Shown here in pieces: positions 12,572 through 26,763 of a DNA stretch of 64,000 bases; position 1 is the stretch's first letter, and each line of letters begins with the position of its first letter. Made by a program: the position numbers and the translations under genes. A model generated the notes under the pieces. It made no database searches. It worked only from the letters and a program-made list of their open reading frames with translations, and had not been told where the DNA came from. Where the stretch lies: the NCBI RefSeq assembly GCF_006345805.1, contig NC_043015.1:18910001-18974000 (forward strand), read 5' to 3'. The DNA is from Octopus sinensis. Lineage: Eukaryota.

Positions 12572-14571
12572 ACATATTCATACTTGAATATTCATCGTCT
12601 GAAAATTTTCAGTCTTTACTTTCTCTCTATTTACATGCACTCATGTATGGATATTTTGTACAGCAAAAGCAAGCCCAAGCAATTCAATTGTTTATTCGCA
12701 TAGTTGTGTATGTATGTATGTATGCATGTATGTATGTATGTATGTATGTATGTTTGCATGTATATATATATGTATGTTTGCATGTATATATATATGTATG
12801 TGTGTATGTATGTAATATGTACATATGTATGTATGTATGTATGTATGTATTATTTCATGTAAAATAAATGGTTCTCCATTTGCTTCGACGACAATTAATC
12901 CAGCTGTTCGACCAAATCCCTACTCATTAAATTATTACAAGTTGCTGAGTATTCCGAGGACACTTATATGTAATCTTTATGCAGAATCAGTGTGATACTG
13001 TGAAACATGTCTGGCCCTTTGAAGTACAAGTTCAGGCTATATGATGCCTTTGCATTACGTTTACAGCTTTCATGGTAAAGACGTATGCTTCAGATGGTAC
13101 ACAGAGAAATCGAAACCAGGACCTCATATTGCGAAGCAAGCTTCATAAACGTGTATATATGTATGAGTGTGTATCAGCCACATGCATTAAAATAAAGATA
13201 TGTAATTTCATACACTCATATACATACACAAACGTATACGCATATACACAAACGTACATCATGCACATACATACACATGATAATACAAGCCGGTGTACAT
13301 GCACATACATACACAGACACATACATACATGCCTGCACACACACATACATACATATACACGCACACACACATACATACACACACTTCCAGTGGAACCGTG
13401 TGTCAGGATCATGTTCTTGTAATTTCTCCGTTCACGAAGCCTTTCAGTTTTTGTTGTGAGTCTAGTCAACAAATCTAAGCTCATTCTTTTCTTCAGGTTC
13501 CATATTATCCTCTGACATTATCGTTCTTTTTCAATTTCCATCATTCTCCGTTGAATATTTATCTGCTTTATATGAAGACGTTTCTGTTTGCAGTGAAAAC
13601 TAAAACCAGAATACATCGACAAATAATGGAGATATACATCACCCACGGGAGAAAACAATGTCGATTTACTTTGGAAGCCATTTGGAGATAATCACGTAAT
13701 GATTCTGTCATTTTCTTTTGAAATATACTTTCTTTTTTTCCACTTAGTTGTGACTAACGAACCACAGGATCCATCATGTTAGGTAATTTATAGTCTTGGG
13801 AATTACTTTCCGAATTACCAATAGATTGACAAATTGCTTGCTGTCCAGTGTAATATTTTGGACAATATTGACTGATTGCATAAACATAAAGCCTAATATT
13901 AATAGGGAAGGAAAAATAAAATTTGTGGAGTTCATGCCTTTCTTAACGATATGAATTATACAAATGCTGTAAAATAGCTACAATAGAAAATTGAACCGCA
14001 TCGTTATATCAGTTAGAGTTCATCTCTTTTTATTCAAAATCGTTCACAGTGTGGTTTTAAATCTTTTATAATTGCAGAAATTCGGTCTATGGACAGTTTT
14101 CTTTTTAGTTAACGCAATATTTATATTATCTCGTCTTATTAAATATATATATATATATATTGTGTATAGTATTGTCTATTGTGTTCTTTCCGAATTTAAG
14201 ACGATAAAATGTGGTTTCATTCGAATTTGGTTACTATTTGACATGTAGCTTCAGATCAAAGGCATTCCAGTCATTACCACCCTTCATTTAGTGTATCAGG
14301 AACAACATAGCCCAGGATGTGATTTGAGGGAGGTTTGGCTATTATTTCCAGATTCTCAGTCGACATCTTAAATCATCTTTTGTACCAACCAAGATGTATT
14401 TGGCATCGCAGCTCTCTTTATCTTTCCCTACACTCTCTGTCTCTCTCCCCCACACTTTCTACGACATTTTCCAGTTTGATGATTTATCCTTGAGGCATTA
14501 TAGATATTTAATTTAATTGGAAATTACATGTGTATTATATGAATATGTATGTATGTATGTATGTATGTATG

Positions 14572-14610
<39 letters not shown>

Positions 14611-15434
14611 ATGTATGTATGTATGTATGTATGTATGTGTGTATGTATGTATGTATGTGTGTGTGTATGTGTGTATGTATGTATGTATGTGTGTGTGTAT
14701 GTGTGTATGCATGTATGTATGTTTGTTAATGATGGGTGTGATTTAAACCGTATCCTGTAGAGGGACCCTGGTACGGAAGTTCCAGGGATTTAGGAGCGTG
14801 GAACAACTTCTTAGCCTCTATTGTTCCCAGCTTTACACTGATCCAGAATAGTAGCTCCTGTCAGGGTCGCAGCTATGGTTAAGTAGTATGTGAACCTCCT
14901 AAGGGAAGGTAAACTCGTATAAACAAATCTGAAGCGCAATTAGTTTCTAATCGTCTCAATTTTTGTTGTGTGACTGGTTTTAAGCTGACTACGTTGAAAA
15001 GTGGATCCTTGCTAGAAAACACTTACCTTCCAAAACAAATTCACGAACAAGAACTTTTGGGATTCTCGAAACATTTTCATAGATTTATTGAGTTTAGTAA
15101 GTGGTTTTACTCGGATGTTTGTTGACTTGCACTATGTATGTATGTTTCTTCTTTGAGCTTTATTTAAGTTCTTCTGAAGAGAGAGTTCAAACTTGTCGCT
15201 AACAAGGCGACAAAACGTTTTGAGTTAAGAGAGTTCCCAGTGTTTGTAAATATGTGGTTAATGCACCCAGACTGGTGCATCTTTCTCTAAAGAATCTCAA
15301 ATGGAAAATCTTCAGAATGTGTTGCAACTCCTCTCCGTGCTGCTAATAGATTGAATTTGACGAGTGTGTGTCAGTTTCTTTGGCTCTTTCTTCGAAAAAC
15401 CGAGTATTTTTGTTTTTAAGTATGTATGTATTTA

Positions 15435-15650
15435 CGAGGAGGTACCTAAAGGAAACCGGTTTTTTGCAATATTACTTATTCACTTACTTTTACATGTTTA
15501 CACTTATATCGCTTTCAAAGTTTTCTCCATTTGAAGCAATGTGTCGGTCCAGGCGCTTTCCACTATTCGAAGCAGTGTTGGAACTCTTGCGAAGTGATGC
15601 CTTGTAATGCCTTCATCGTTTTCTTCATCACTTCCACATCAGCAAATTCT
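15435..15650 (-). mobile_element. Mariner 3'-end remnant
   Basis: TA-cgagg terminus; minus strand reads ITSQEFQHCFE*W, like a mariner transposase C-terminus. Confidence 0.55.
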
Positions 15651-16607
15651 GTAGCACCAGCTTTCTTTGGCCTGGAAAGAAGCGTCAATTTTGCACCTAT
15701 TCACTATAGTCATTTTTCTCTTCCACAACTTTAAGCAAGACATTGAAATCCACTTGTCAGCTGACCTCTACAACAGTGCATCACTTCGGTTCTCTGTCCC
15801 ATAAAATAATACCGGATCTGCTTTATCTGCATTCTAGTTGGTTGTGTTTACTGAAAGGTAACATAAATATAATTTATTTGTAAATGTGTGGATACATTCT
15901 ATTTTAGGCATGGTTTTTTTGTGTAAATTCTTGCAATTGACGCACAGGGATGTGGTATCTTGAATGCTGAATTATTCCTGAAGAAAGCAGAGTCCGGGCT
16001 CCAGGAAGTAAGGGATGGTATTGGTGCGTTAAAACATTTGTATGACTAGGCATGAAAGTTGTGAGTGTTGATCAGAGTTTCGTTGAAGAGTGGGCATGCA
16101 GAACTGTCAGGTTTATGCATCAGTTTATCCATTACACTCACACAAATTTGATAATTTTGTGCGCATCAAGAAAATTGTATGTTGTTGAATTACTTACTAC
16201 ATTACAATTCTGTTACGATTCTAGATTTTACAATTTTACATTTTTCATGTTACGTTTCGGTATTCTTTCTATTTTGTTTCGTTTTGTATACTTGTAATTT
16301 TAGATTCCAAAGTGCTTTCTGTATTTTGCAATTTCGGGTTCTTTTATATATTTGCCCGTTCATAGCTGTCATGTTAACTATTCATCTAGTATTGCACGTT
16401 TTCCCACATCTTCATATGCCCACACATTAATGTGTAGCATTTACATTGTTTGTGAGCATCAGACCAAGTGAATGTATGAATGTATTATGATAAATGTTTG
16501 CTTTAAGTGTGTACACGTAACTGTATGTATTAATACATATGTGGAAGGTAACTACATATACAGTGTATAAATCTAGATGAATACATATTACTTAAGAACA
16601 ATGTTGA

Positions 16608-16657
<50 letters not shown>

Positions 16658-16659
16658 CA

Positions 16660-18280
16660 TTCAGTAGTTTTATTTTTATAACGTGCTATCACTTCTCTAC
16701 CGAGCGCAGCTCTGTGTGCCTTGGGTATGTGTTGTGATTTGTTGTGATGCTCTGATGGTTACTGTATGGAAAGTGTTCTGCGTAGGAATTGTGCAGTGCC
16801 GAGTAGTGCAATTTTCTGTATGTTATATGTGTTTGTAAGTCCTGGTGTTTTTGTTATGTGTTTGTCTGAATATTTTTTTATCATGCCTAATGCACCTACT
16901 ATGATAAGAATTGTTTCTGTTTTTAGATTCCACATTCTGGTTACCTCTATTTCCAGGTCTTTGTATTTTGAAAGTTTCTCCATTTCTTTTAGAAATGTCA
17001 TCAATTAGAAAGCATTTTTTTTCTTCATGATCTCTGACAACTATATCTGGTCTGTTGGCCTTAATTTCTCTGTGTGTATTGGCATATCCCAGAGTATGGT
17101 TGCTTTCTCGTTTTCTGTGACCTTTTCTGGTGTGTGCCTATACCATCTTTTTTCTGCTGTTATTCCAGTGTTGGCATAGCTTCCAGTGTATGTAGGTCCC
17201 AACTCTGTCGTGTCTGTGAATATATTCCTTCTTAGCCAGGACTGGGCAGCCAGAGATAATATGATTTATTGTTTCTTGTCCATCTCCACATATTCTGCAG
17301 TTACTTGTTATATTTCTTTTCATTACATGTTTTTGGTAATTTCTGGTGGGGAGGCTTTGGTCTTGTGCTGCAATTAAAAATCCCTCTGTTTCTGCTTTGA
17401 GTCCTGAGCTTCTCAACCATTGCTGGGATTTTTCTTTGTCTATTTCTTTTGCGTTTAGTTTAGTCCAGTACTTGCCATGAAGGGACTTTTCTTGCCATCG
17501 TTTTATCATGGTCCGTTGCTGTTCTAGTTTTAGTTTTGATTTCATTTGCTTTATAGCTTTTGTTGTGTGTTCTTCTTCTTCTTCTTCTTCTTCTTCTTCT
17601 TCTTCTTCTTCTTCTTCTTCTTCTTCTTCTTCTTCTTCTTCTTCTTCTTCTTCTTCTTCATATTTGTTAGGTGTTATGATTTCTTGTTTGTATTTGTCAA
17701 CTTCCTTAAAAACTGAGAACAATTTTTTGTTTTGCTCGTGTTTTGCCGCTATTTGCATCAGTTTTCGTTGCTTCTGAAGTAGGTATTTTTGCAGTGCTAT
17801 GGTGGTTATTTTATAGCAGTTTTCCAGCTTTATAAGGCATCTACCACCTTCTATACGTTGTATATATATCCTTTCTATGTTAGATTTTGGGCGATGCGTC
17901 CTAGATTCTGTCATTATTTTTCTTGTTTTCCTATCTATTTTGGTCAGTTCATGTAGCGTCCAGTTAAGGATATTGTAGCTGTAACTTATAACTGGGACGG
18001 CTAAAGTGCTAATACCTATTATCTTATTTTTAGCATTGAGCTCTGTTTTCAGTATTGATCTAACTCGTCTATAGTATTCTTTCTTTATTTTCTCTTTCAT
18101 TTGTGTGTGTTGTGTCTTATCTAGTTCATGGATTCCTAAATATTTGTAAGTTTGGCTTTGGACTTATTCTCTTATTTCATTGGCTTTATCTAGTGTGATG
18201 TTGCTACTCTTAACTAGTTTTCCTCTTTTCAGGGTTACTTTGGCGCATTTTTCTAATCCAAATTTCATATCTATTTCTTT
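16660..18280 (-). mobile_element. 5'-truncated R4/Dong-type LINE with restriction-like endonuclease (RLE)
   Basis: ETEGFLIAAQDQSL, CCHC knuckle CRICG..ETINHIISGC, RHDRV, RPDIV, KYKDL, QKIALLGTA; (TAA)n at the 3' end. Confidence 0.9.
17570..17659. repeat. (TTC)n expansion inside the LINE ORF (poly-Glu)
   Basis: About 30 GAA codons in frame in ORF 17138-18100. Confidence 0.95.
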
Positions 18281-18306
18281 ATGTTGTTGTTGTGGTTATT
18301 ATTATT

Positions 18307-18870
18307 GAGTGAGAGACCAGTGGCTGCCATCATAGGGACGATGGAGTAAAATATACGAAGCCCAGTATACCGATCATGACTTCCCGTCTGATACACTAGG
18401 GTACACTAGGCACATGCATCTCAACCATATGTGCGTGACATGGTGATCTCATGTAAATATAAACAGCGCATGACTTTGCAGGTGGGACCCAGCTAGAATT
18501 TTCTTCAGGTCGAGTAGCCCATCCCACTCAAAGGGTACCTGAATAAGGATTGTTAAAGATGTTCAACGAAACACCCATGTTTCCAAAAGTGAATTATCTA
18601 AACCCCAAAGAATTCCTCTCAACACATGACTATGATGCTTCCCAATTACTTCTGCTCGTGATCAGAGATACACATATCGTTAGCCACCAAGGGACATAAT
18701 CAACTGGTTAAGGTCAAACAATTGACGAGCAAACAATTGATGAGGTATTGAAGAAAATATTTGCTGTAGCCCATGTTTTATACCAAGACAAATCAATGTA
18801 CATGATAACACTTCCAATCAGTTAAGATAAGAAGCGATGAGAGCCACCGCCTGGTACTGGACCAGGGCAC
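18307..18870. mobile_element. Non-coding (TTA)n-flanked element, copy 1
   Basis: Homologous along its length to 18930-19430; (TTA)n on both sides. Confidence 0.8.
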
Positions 18871-18929
<59 letters not shown>

Positions 18930-18932
<3 letters not shown>

Positions 18933-19430
18933 TGAGAGAGCAGTGTTTGTCATCAAACAGACGCTAGAGTAAAATATACGAAGCCCAGTATACCCACCAG
19001 GACTACCCGTTTGATAAGGGTACCCTAGACACATGCATCACAACCATGTATGCGTGAGACGGTGATCTCATCAAGACAAACAGCGCATGACCGTGCAGGT
19101 TGGATCCAGTTAGAATTTTCTTCTGGTCGAGTAGCTCATCCTGCTCGAAAGGTCCCTAACTAAGAGTTGTTTAAGGATGTTCAACGAAACACCCTTGTTT
19201 CCAAAGGTGAATTAGCTAAACTCCAAAGATCAGAGATGCATATCGTCAGCCACAAAGAGACATGCTCAACTTCTTAAGCTCACACAACTGACAGGCAAAT
19301 CTATGGTATTGAGCAGAATATTTGCTGTAGTCCATCTTTTATACAAGACAAAACAATGTACATGATAACACTTCCAATCAGTTAAAATAAGAAGCCATGA
19401 GAGCCACTGCCTGGTGCTGGAGCAAGCCAT
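18930..19430. mobile_element. Non-coding (TTA)n-flanked element, copy 2 (internal deletion)
   Basis: Same ends as copy 1: agtgagaga... and ...gagccactgcctggt. Confidence 0.8.
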
Positions 19431-19433
19431 TTA

Positions 19434-19476
<43 letters not shown>

Positions 19477-19506
19477 GTTGTTGTTGTTGTTGTTATTATT
19501 ATTATT

Positions 19507-22500
19507 GCCTTTGCACAACTTCTAGCGCTGGAGATGTACTACAGTGTCAGCTGTTCACTACCAGTGAACTAAGGTAGCACCTCTTATTTTTCGAGCACCT
19601 TCCGGAGTATTCGAGCGGTTCCAAGCAGTGCTGTTTTCTGCAAGTGCTCCACTCTTATTGCAGCTCCTATTTGTTCCACGTACTTCTCGAGATTTTCCCA
19701 CTGTTCCCAGAGCTTCGACAATTATTGGTAATACTGCTACCTTTCATCGACCACAACTGCTTAACTTCCCAAGCTAACCTGTCATATCTCGCAACTTTTC
19801 TTTCTTCCTTATCGCATACCGTGTTGTCTGCTGGGCATGCTATATCTATGATCCAGCATAATTTGTTTTCTTTCTCAATTAACACTACGTCTGGCTTCCT
19901 ATTCTCTATCCCATGGTCGCACTGAATTATAAAATCCCATAGGATATTTGCATTTCTATTTTCGACGATGCCTTTAGGTTTGTGGTCGTACCAATTTTTT
20001 GCTCTGTCAAGTCCATACTTGTTGCAAACTGTCCAATGGACAAGCCTGGCTATAGTGTCGTAGCGTCTCTTATATTTCCTCTGGGCTGGTGGCATACATT
20101 GGCTGGTAATATGCCATACGGTTTCACTGTTTTGTCCACAGATTCTGCACTTATCACTTTCTGCTGTGTTGTCTATTTTATATTTTATGTAGTTTGTTCT
20201 TAGGGTTTGTTCTTGGGCAGCACAGATTAGGGCGTCCGTTTCCGGTTTTAAATCACTTTTAGTCATACACATCCATCTTTTTTCTCTGTCTGTCTTATCT
20301 TCAGCATCCCTATGAAATTGACCATACAGTCTTTTCTTTACTCACCTATTTTCAGTTTCATTCATTCTCAAGTGCTTGTGCACTGTTTTATCTTTGCAAT
20401 CTTTCATCCTACACAAGCCAGACCTTCTTACTGCTAATAACAGCGGTTCTGCAGCATTTTTTACATACCATGATATGTTGTTTTCTTCTACTCTAATGCA
20501 GTGTTCGCATCCAACAAGTCCTCTTCCCCCTCTTTTTCTTGGTACATACAGTCTATCTGTGTCACTTTTTGGGTGGAGTGACCCATATCTAGTTAGCAAC
20601 TTCCTTGTCTTTCTGTCTAAGCTGTTTAGTTTGTCTATTGTCCATGCGATTACCCCTACTCCATATCTAATGAGTGAAACCGCCCAGGTGTTGATAGCTT
20701 CGAATTCATTCAGTCCGTTTAATTTCGACTTAAGGATCCGTGTCAGTCTGCGCAAGTACTCCACCTTAAATTTTCTGTCATCTCTTTCTCCATCAATTTA
20801 TCCATTTCCAAAATTCCCAAGTACTTATATATGTTTCATAACCTCCCCCGACGGTATCGTTCACCCGTTCATACATTCGATTTTGCCTCTCTTCAAGACA
20901 AACACACCACACCTTCTCAGTCCGAACTCCATTCTGATATCAGCACTGAAGGATACACCGTATCAATGAGGGAACTGACTTGGGCTTCATCTTTACCATA
21001 AAGTTTGAGGTCATCCATGAATAACAAATGGTTGACTTTTTGTCGGCGGCTTTTGAATACGCACCCAGCTTTTGCTTTCTTCTAAATCAGTGCTAGTGGT
21101 ATCAAACATAGTACAAAGATCAGTGGAGACAGGTAGTCCCCTTGGAAGATGTCCTTTCTAATTTCTACTGTCCCTAAACTTCCGTATACCATCAGGTCCG
21201 TCCTTCAGTTCGCCATACTTTTTCCAAGCAATCGCTCAACATTCGATGCAATGCCAAATATGTTCATACACTCCATAATCCAAGAGTGTGGGATCATATC
21301 GTACGCCTTACGATAGTCGATCCATGACATGGCTAAGTTACTTTTCCTCCTATTGCAATCTCTGAGTACAGTTTTGTCTATCAGGAGTTGATCCTTGGTA
21401 CCCCTGCATTTGCCCTTGCAACCCTTCTGCTCATGTGGCAGGACTCCATTTCTTTTTCAGATGTTCGTACATTGACTCTGCGAGTATTCTAGTCAATAAC
21501 TTCCACATAAGTGGCAAACAGGATATCGGCCCGTAATTGTCTACCATATTGCCTTTCTTTTTCGATGTTTTTCAGGCACAGCACTGTCCTCCCCAATGTC
21601 AACCACTTTGGTGTTATTTGGTGGGCATTTAACAAGGTGTTGAGTTGCGCAGCTATTCGGGCATGGCATTCACCAAATCTTTTGATCCAGTAGCCTTGAA
21701 CTCCATCTGGTCTCGGGGCCTTCCAGTTGCTAATTTTTTTGCTGATTTCCTTCACTTCTCTAACTGAAATGACTAGTTCTGCCTGTTTTGGACAAGCTAC
21801 TGTTTGTTTCAGTTCTTGCAACTATTCAGCATCCTTCTTGTGCTCCTTGTCTTTGCTTCAGATGTCACTCCAAAACCTTTGATTTTCAATGTTATCTGAT
21901 ATCAACTTTTCATTTATACACTCTCCATTTATTTCTTTATAGAATCTCTTCTAATTTACTCTGAATAACCTATTCTGGTGGTAACCCTTCATTCTTTGGT
22001 CGTATCTTACCATCTTTGCTTTCTTTGCAACGAAGCGCTGTTTCAATCCCTCCACTATTACTTTCTTTCAATATTATACTTCTTTTTCAGTACCCTGTAT
22101 TTTTGTTCGCTTTTTAGCTCCCCTTTCTCTTTTCGGTCTAACACAGAGATTTCCTTCGAGAGCATGTCTAACCCTGCATAGATTCTTCTTTTCCACCATG
22201 GATCTTTTCTTTTGTCACTCCCATTATGTTTCTTTTTCTTGACATCAACACTCACATTTTCTGCTACAACAATACTTGCTGTCTTGATCAAATTATTTGT
22301 TTCTGTGATGTTGTTTGTTCTGATGTATTTCAGAATTTCATTGACATTTTTTTGTTTCTTGGTTCAATTTCCATCGATCAACCTTTTCAAGGTTGCAAAT
22401 AATGTGGCTGTCGTTCTCCTGTAGTCTTAACTTTATTTGTCTTAACATTTGTTTATCCGTTATGTCGCTTTTAGTTTTATTGTCTTCTTTTAGATCATCT

Positions 22501-23082
22501 ATATGTCTCTCAGCAAGTAAACTACCACTGCTCCTTTCCTGTGCTATGAGATTACTCTTATTCGTAAGAACTGTATTTTCATTGTTATCTCTGCTGCTTT
22601 TTCTATAACCCATCTTTTGACAGCTTCGAGCTCTACTTCTGTGAACCAACAATTTTTTTCTTATTGCTCTAGCTTGGTTACATAGTGTCTGTTCCGTGAG
22701 TTGAAACAATCCCTTTTCTCCCCAATGATCATACATACGTTGTCGGTAACCCCTAATTTGAGCACCATTTTCATGTACCGGGCTGCTGAGATAGTAACAC
22801 TCCATGACCACAGCATTAATTTGCTTGCTCCATCTACGCCGTGTGTGGTGATCCTTTTCTGGATATCGACAGTCTGGACCCTGACCAGAATCTCTGAGCC
22901 TGCCAGGTGTAACGCTGACACCATCATTGGCTTCAATTTCATTACCACCGTTATTCACAATATTTTGCTTTTTCATTGTCACTCATATGAGGTAGCGATT
23001 ATCAGTGTTTTTATTGTGACAGCTTCACAAGTTGTATCATTAATCAGCCCAAAAGGGGGATCCACCCGTTTCCATTCATCAC
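19507..23082 (-). mobile_element. Near full-length decayed R4/Dong-type LINE
   Basis: N-terminal RRRWS..VMECYY..GYRQRM, NWKAPRPDGVQGYWIK, NHLLFMDDLKL, CRICG..ETVWHITSQC, KPDVVLI; (TAA)n at both ends. Confidence 0.9.
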
Positions 23083-23116
<34 letters not shown>

Positions 23117-23606
23117 GCTCTTGTTGTTGTTGTTTTTATGTGTAGTAGCAGCAGTGGTTGCAGCAACAGCAACAGTAGCAGAGTGGGGGTAGTGGTAAGG
23201 GTGGTAGTTGGGCCTCAGATTCCTGTGCTATCATAATAGTATTACTTGTAGTATTATTGTAGCATTAATAGCATTTAGTATCAGTAGCTGCAGCATATTA
23301 TTTTTTATATTATTTTTTCATTATCACCATCACCACCACTACCATTGTTGGAAGAAATAGTTGGATAGCAATTTGGTAAATAGATCATATTCAACAGGTT
23401 TATAAGTAGATTCGGCAGATGGTGCAAAGGTCAGCCATAGAGACAAAAGAATTTTCGCACCCTTTGGGTCAGCAGAGGTCAAATGTGTTTACTACTACCA
23501 GTGGCCGCTGATAGTGCTGCCTTGAAAAGAAGCAATTCAAGCTGTTCTATTTGTAATTACTGGTAATAAAACAATAATAGTAATATACACACACACATAT
23601 AATAAT

Positions 23607-23695
<89 letters not shown>

Positions 23696-23777
23696 CATAC
23701 ATACATACATACATACATACACATACATATTGATATTTACGTCGTTGAACTTTTGAATTTCTGAATTCAATTGTGTT

Positions 23778-23828
23778 GTTAAGATCAGAAGCCATGAAAG
23801 CCAGAGCCTGGTACTGCACCAGAGAATT
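23778..23828. mobile_element. Terminal fragment of the (TTA)n-flanked non-coding element
   Basis: gttaagatcagaagccatgaaagccagagcctggtactgc followed by (TTA)n. Confidence 0.7.
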
Positions 23829-23874
23829 TATTATTATTATTATTATTATTTTATTATTATTATTATTATTATTA

Positions 23875-23914
<40 letters not shown>

Positions 23915-23959
23915 GTTGTTGTTGTTGTTTTCTTGTTTCATTTTATCACATGTTTCTTG

Positions 23960-24690
23960 GAACTCCTGGAGTATTATTATTCCTCCTTCGTTACACAGTG
24001 TAGGTAAAAATGCACCGGAGTCTTTAGTCAGTTGTCAAGTCACAACAAGGACCTCAGACAGATAATACTTTCCTTAAGGTGTGCGCTGTGCCGAATAAGT
24101 CTACTTTTTGCAAGACATCACTCTTGCTAGGGATTTCCAGTTGCCTTAAGAAGTTTTGAAGTTTCAATGGGATTGATCCCAACGCTCCGATCACCACTGG
24201 TACTACTTTTGCATTAACCTCTCGCATTCCATACAGTCTTGCCGTTTCCACTTTCATTTCGGAGTACTTGGTGATTTTTTTCAACCTCTTTACTCACAAA
24301 ATTCATGTTTTTTGGTATGGCTACATCAATGATCTGACAGTATTTGTCTCTCTTATTCAATATGACAATATCGATTGTCATATTGTCATGAAAAATGTAT
24401 TCGATTACACGATCTGTCTGAAAATCATAGTCCCAGAGTATCGTTACTTTTCTATCCTCTCGCATAACTTTACTTGGTACATACACATACCAGTTCTCTA
24501 TTACTTCATATTGGTATTTACGGTATAAGAGCCAATGAAGATACGCACAGACTTTATCGTGGCGGCGCTTGTATTTTTTTTGTGCAAGGCTCTCACATTC
24601 ACTTACAAAGTCGATCACATTTTCTACACTCTTTCCACAGAGTCTGCATTTCTGAGTGTCAGAGGTTTTATAGATGTTATACTTCACTGA
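23960..24690 (-). mobile_element. R4/Dong-type LINE 3' fragment
   Basis: CRLCGKSVENV..C, KRRHDKV, ILWDYDFQTDR, IIDVAIP, VVPVVIGALG, FGTAHTLRKVL. Confidence 0.88.
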
Positions 24691-24694
24691 ATTG

Positions 24695-24888
24695 GCACCG
24701 ACAGCCTGGTCTTGTACGCTTCAAATCACCTCGCTCAACAAAACAGTGTTGTTAGGGACAGCTAGGATACTTAGGAGGGTTCTTGTCATCTAATGTTACT
24801 TGTAGTCCGACGTTAGGACTTTTTATTTTCCCAACAGTCTAATCGGTTACGTGTATATGAAAATAATAATAATAATAATAATAATAAC
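24695..24888 (+). mobile_element. R4/Dong-type LINE extreme 3' end on the plus strand
   Basis: Reads LNKTVLLGTARILRRVLVI* (about 24735-24794), then a short UTR and (AAT)n. Confidence 0.7.
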
Positions 24889-25547
24889 AACAACAACAAG
24901 AGCACTCAGAAAACAAAAACTTCCACCAAGGCAACACAAACGTCCTCTCAACGATTAGTGGTAGATGATTTTTAAATTTAAAACATCTGAAATAAACTCG
25001 ACTGCTCTCACAAACGAGAATACTAAAAATAAACACGACCACTCTCAAAAATTAAGTAAAAACCGGGAAAATAATCCAGAATCCTTGTCCGGCACCTGAT
25101 CTATCCCAATGGCAGTCATGGAATGGGAAGGTGGGTGTGCGTGCCGTGTTTGTAATGTTGTGTGCGTGTGTGCAGTGGGAACAGGGATAATTTTCGGTAA
25201 ATTTCTATCCTTTATTCGCACGATTTTCACTAAGAAAAAAAAAAGCTGGGATATTTTGCTTGGAATCAAGGTTTCTCTATGAGATTTTTTGCGTGGAATC
25301 GGGTTTCACTATGAAGGTTCTTTTTAGTCTATTCACTGATATAGTGTCTTTATGACCATTAAGGTCTATAGTGAGCAATTTATCAGTGCATGAAAGAAAA
25401 CGGAAAGGAGCTGCATACGCTGCTGTTAACGGAGGTTTAACAACATCGTTACGTACAAAAAGCGTGAGACCAAGAAGTAAAACTTCTGTAGTGGTTATAT
25501 ATAGCCAGTACCAGGAGTTGTTGTGGCTGCGTGTATATTAGTATATA

Positions 25548-26763
25548 CGAGGGGCGTTCAATAAGTAATGCCCCTGACCCACTTCCCATAGCACTAGAGC
25601 AACGAAACTTGGCACAGTTATTAGTCTTTTTCTACATAGGAACCACCCAGAGTTACGCATTTCTCCCATCGTTTGATGCAGCTCTGGAGACCGTTTTTGT
25701 AGAAGAACCCAGCTTGGTCCTCCAACCACAACGTGACTTCAGAAATCAAGGCTGCATTATCTGGGAAACGCTTTCCTTTCAAAAACAACTTCATGATTCG
25801 GAAGAGGTGAAAATCAGAGGGTGCAAGGTCAGGAGAGTAGGGGGATGGGGGAGGAGTTCATAGCCATACGCCTGTGCTTCTGATCTGGCGACAAGCGAGT
25901 TGTGGACCGGAGCGTTGTCCTGCAGGAGGAGGATGACTTTGCTGATCTTGCCCCGCCTCTTGATTTTGATAACTTCTCTTAATTTCCTCAAAAGTGAAGC
26001 ATAATAGGCTCCTGCAATTGTGGTACCTTTTGCCAGGAAATCTGTCATCACTACTCCGTCCTGGTCCCAGAAGACTGTGAGCATGACCTTGCCAGCGGAG
26101 GGCTGCACCCTTGCTTTTTTTGGAGGGGGTGAGTCACGGTGCTTCCACTGCATTGACTGGGCTTTGGTCTCTGGATCATCGTGATGGACCCAGGTTTCAT
26201 CCTGTATAATCAGTCTTTTGAAAAATTTTGACTCATCTTCTTGGCACATCTCCAAATTCACCCTCGAGCACTCGTCGCGTTCTTGCTTCTGGAAAGGCGT
26301 GAGCAACCTGGGAATCCATCTGGCAGACACCTTTCGCATATGCAAATAGTCATGAATCATAGTTTCCACAGACCCGGTACTAATCTTGACCTCATGGGCT
26401 ATTTGGTGAATAATTATGCGTCGATCTTCCAAAATGGCAGCCTCAACTTGACGGACAGATGCCTCCTCAATGGCAGAAGGGGGCGACCAGATCTGGGAGC
26501 TGTTTCCACAGAGTTCCGACCATGTTTGAATTCACGATGCCAGCGTTTTACAAGGTCATATGATGGGGCATCATCACCATAAGTAACAGGCTCCATTTCA
26601 CACTTGACTCGGTTGAAACACCTGTAAATCAGAAACCACAATTAATTCAGAGCTGTAATTTGCCACTTACTCTATAGAGATATAAATTATTGCACATGCA
26701 AAATTTCAGCTAGATCAAACAACTGCAAGTGGGTCAGAGGCATTACTTATTGAACGTCCCTCG
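25548..26763 (-). mobile_element. Mariner (DD34D-type) copy 1, defective
   Basis: TIRs cgaggggcgttcaataagtaatgcc, TA duplication, QDETWVHH, QDNAPVH. Confidence 0.95.

Noticed and set aside
23030-23082. Possible HDV-like ribozyme at the 5' end of the R4-type LINE
   Set aside because: The nested double pseudoknot could not be assembled by eye; a descriptor search is needed.
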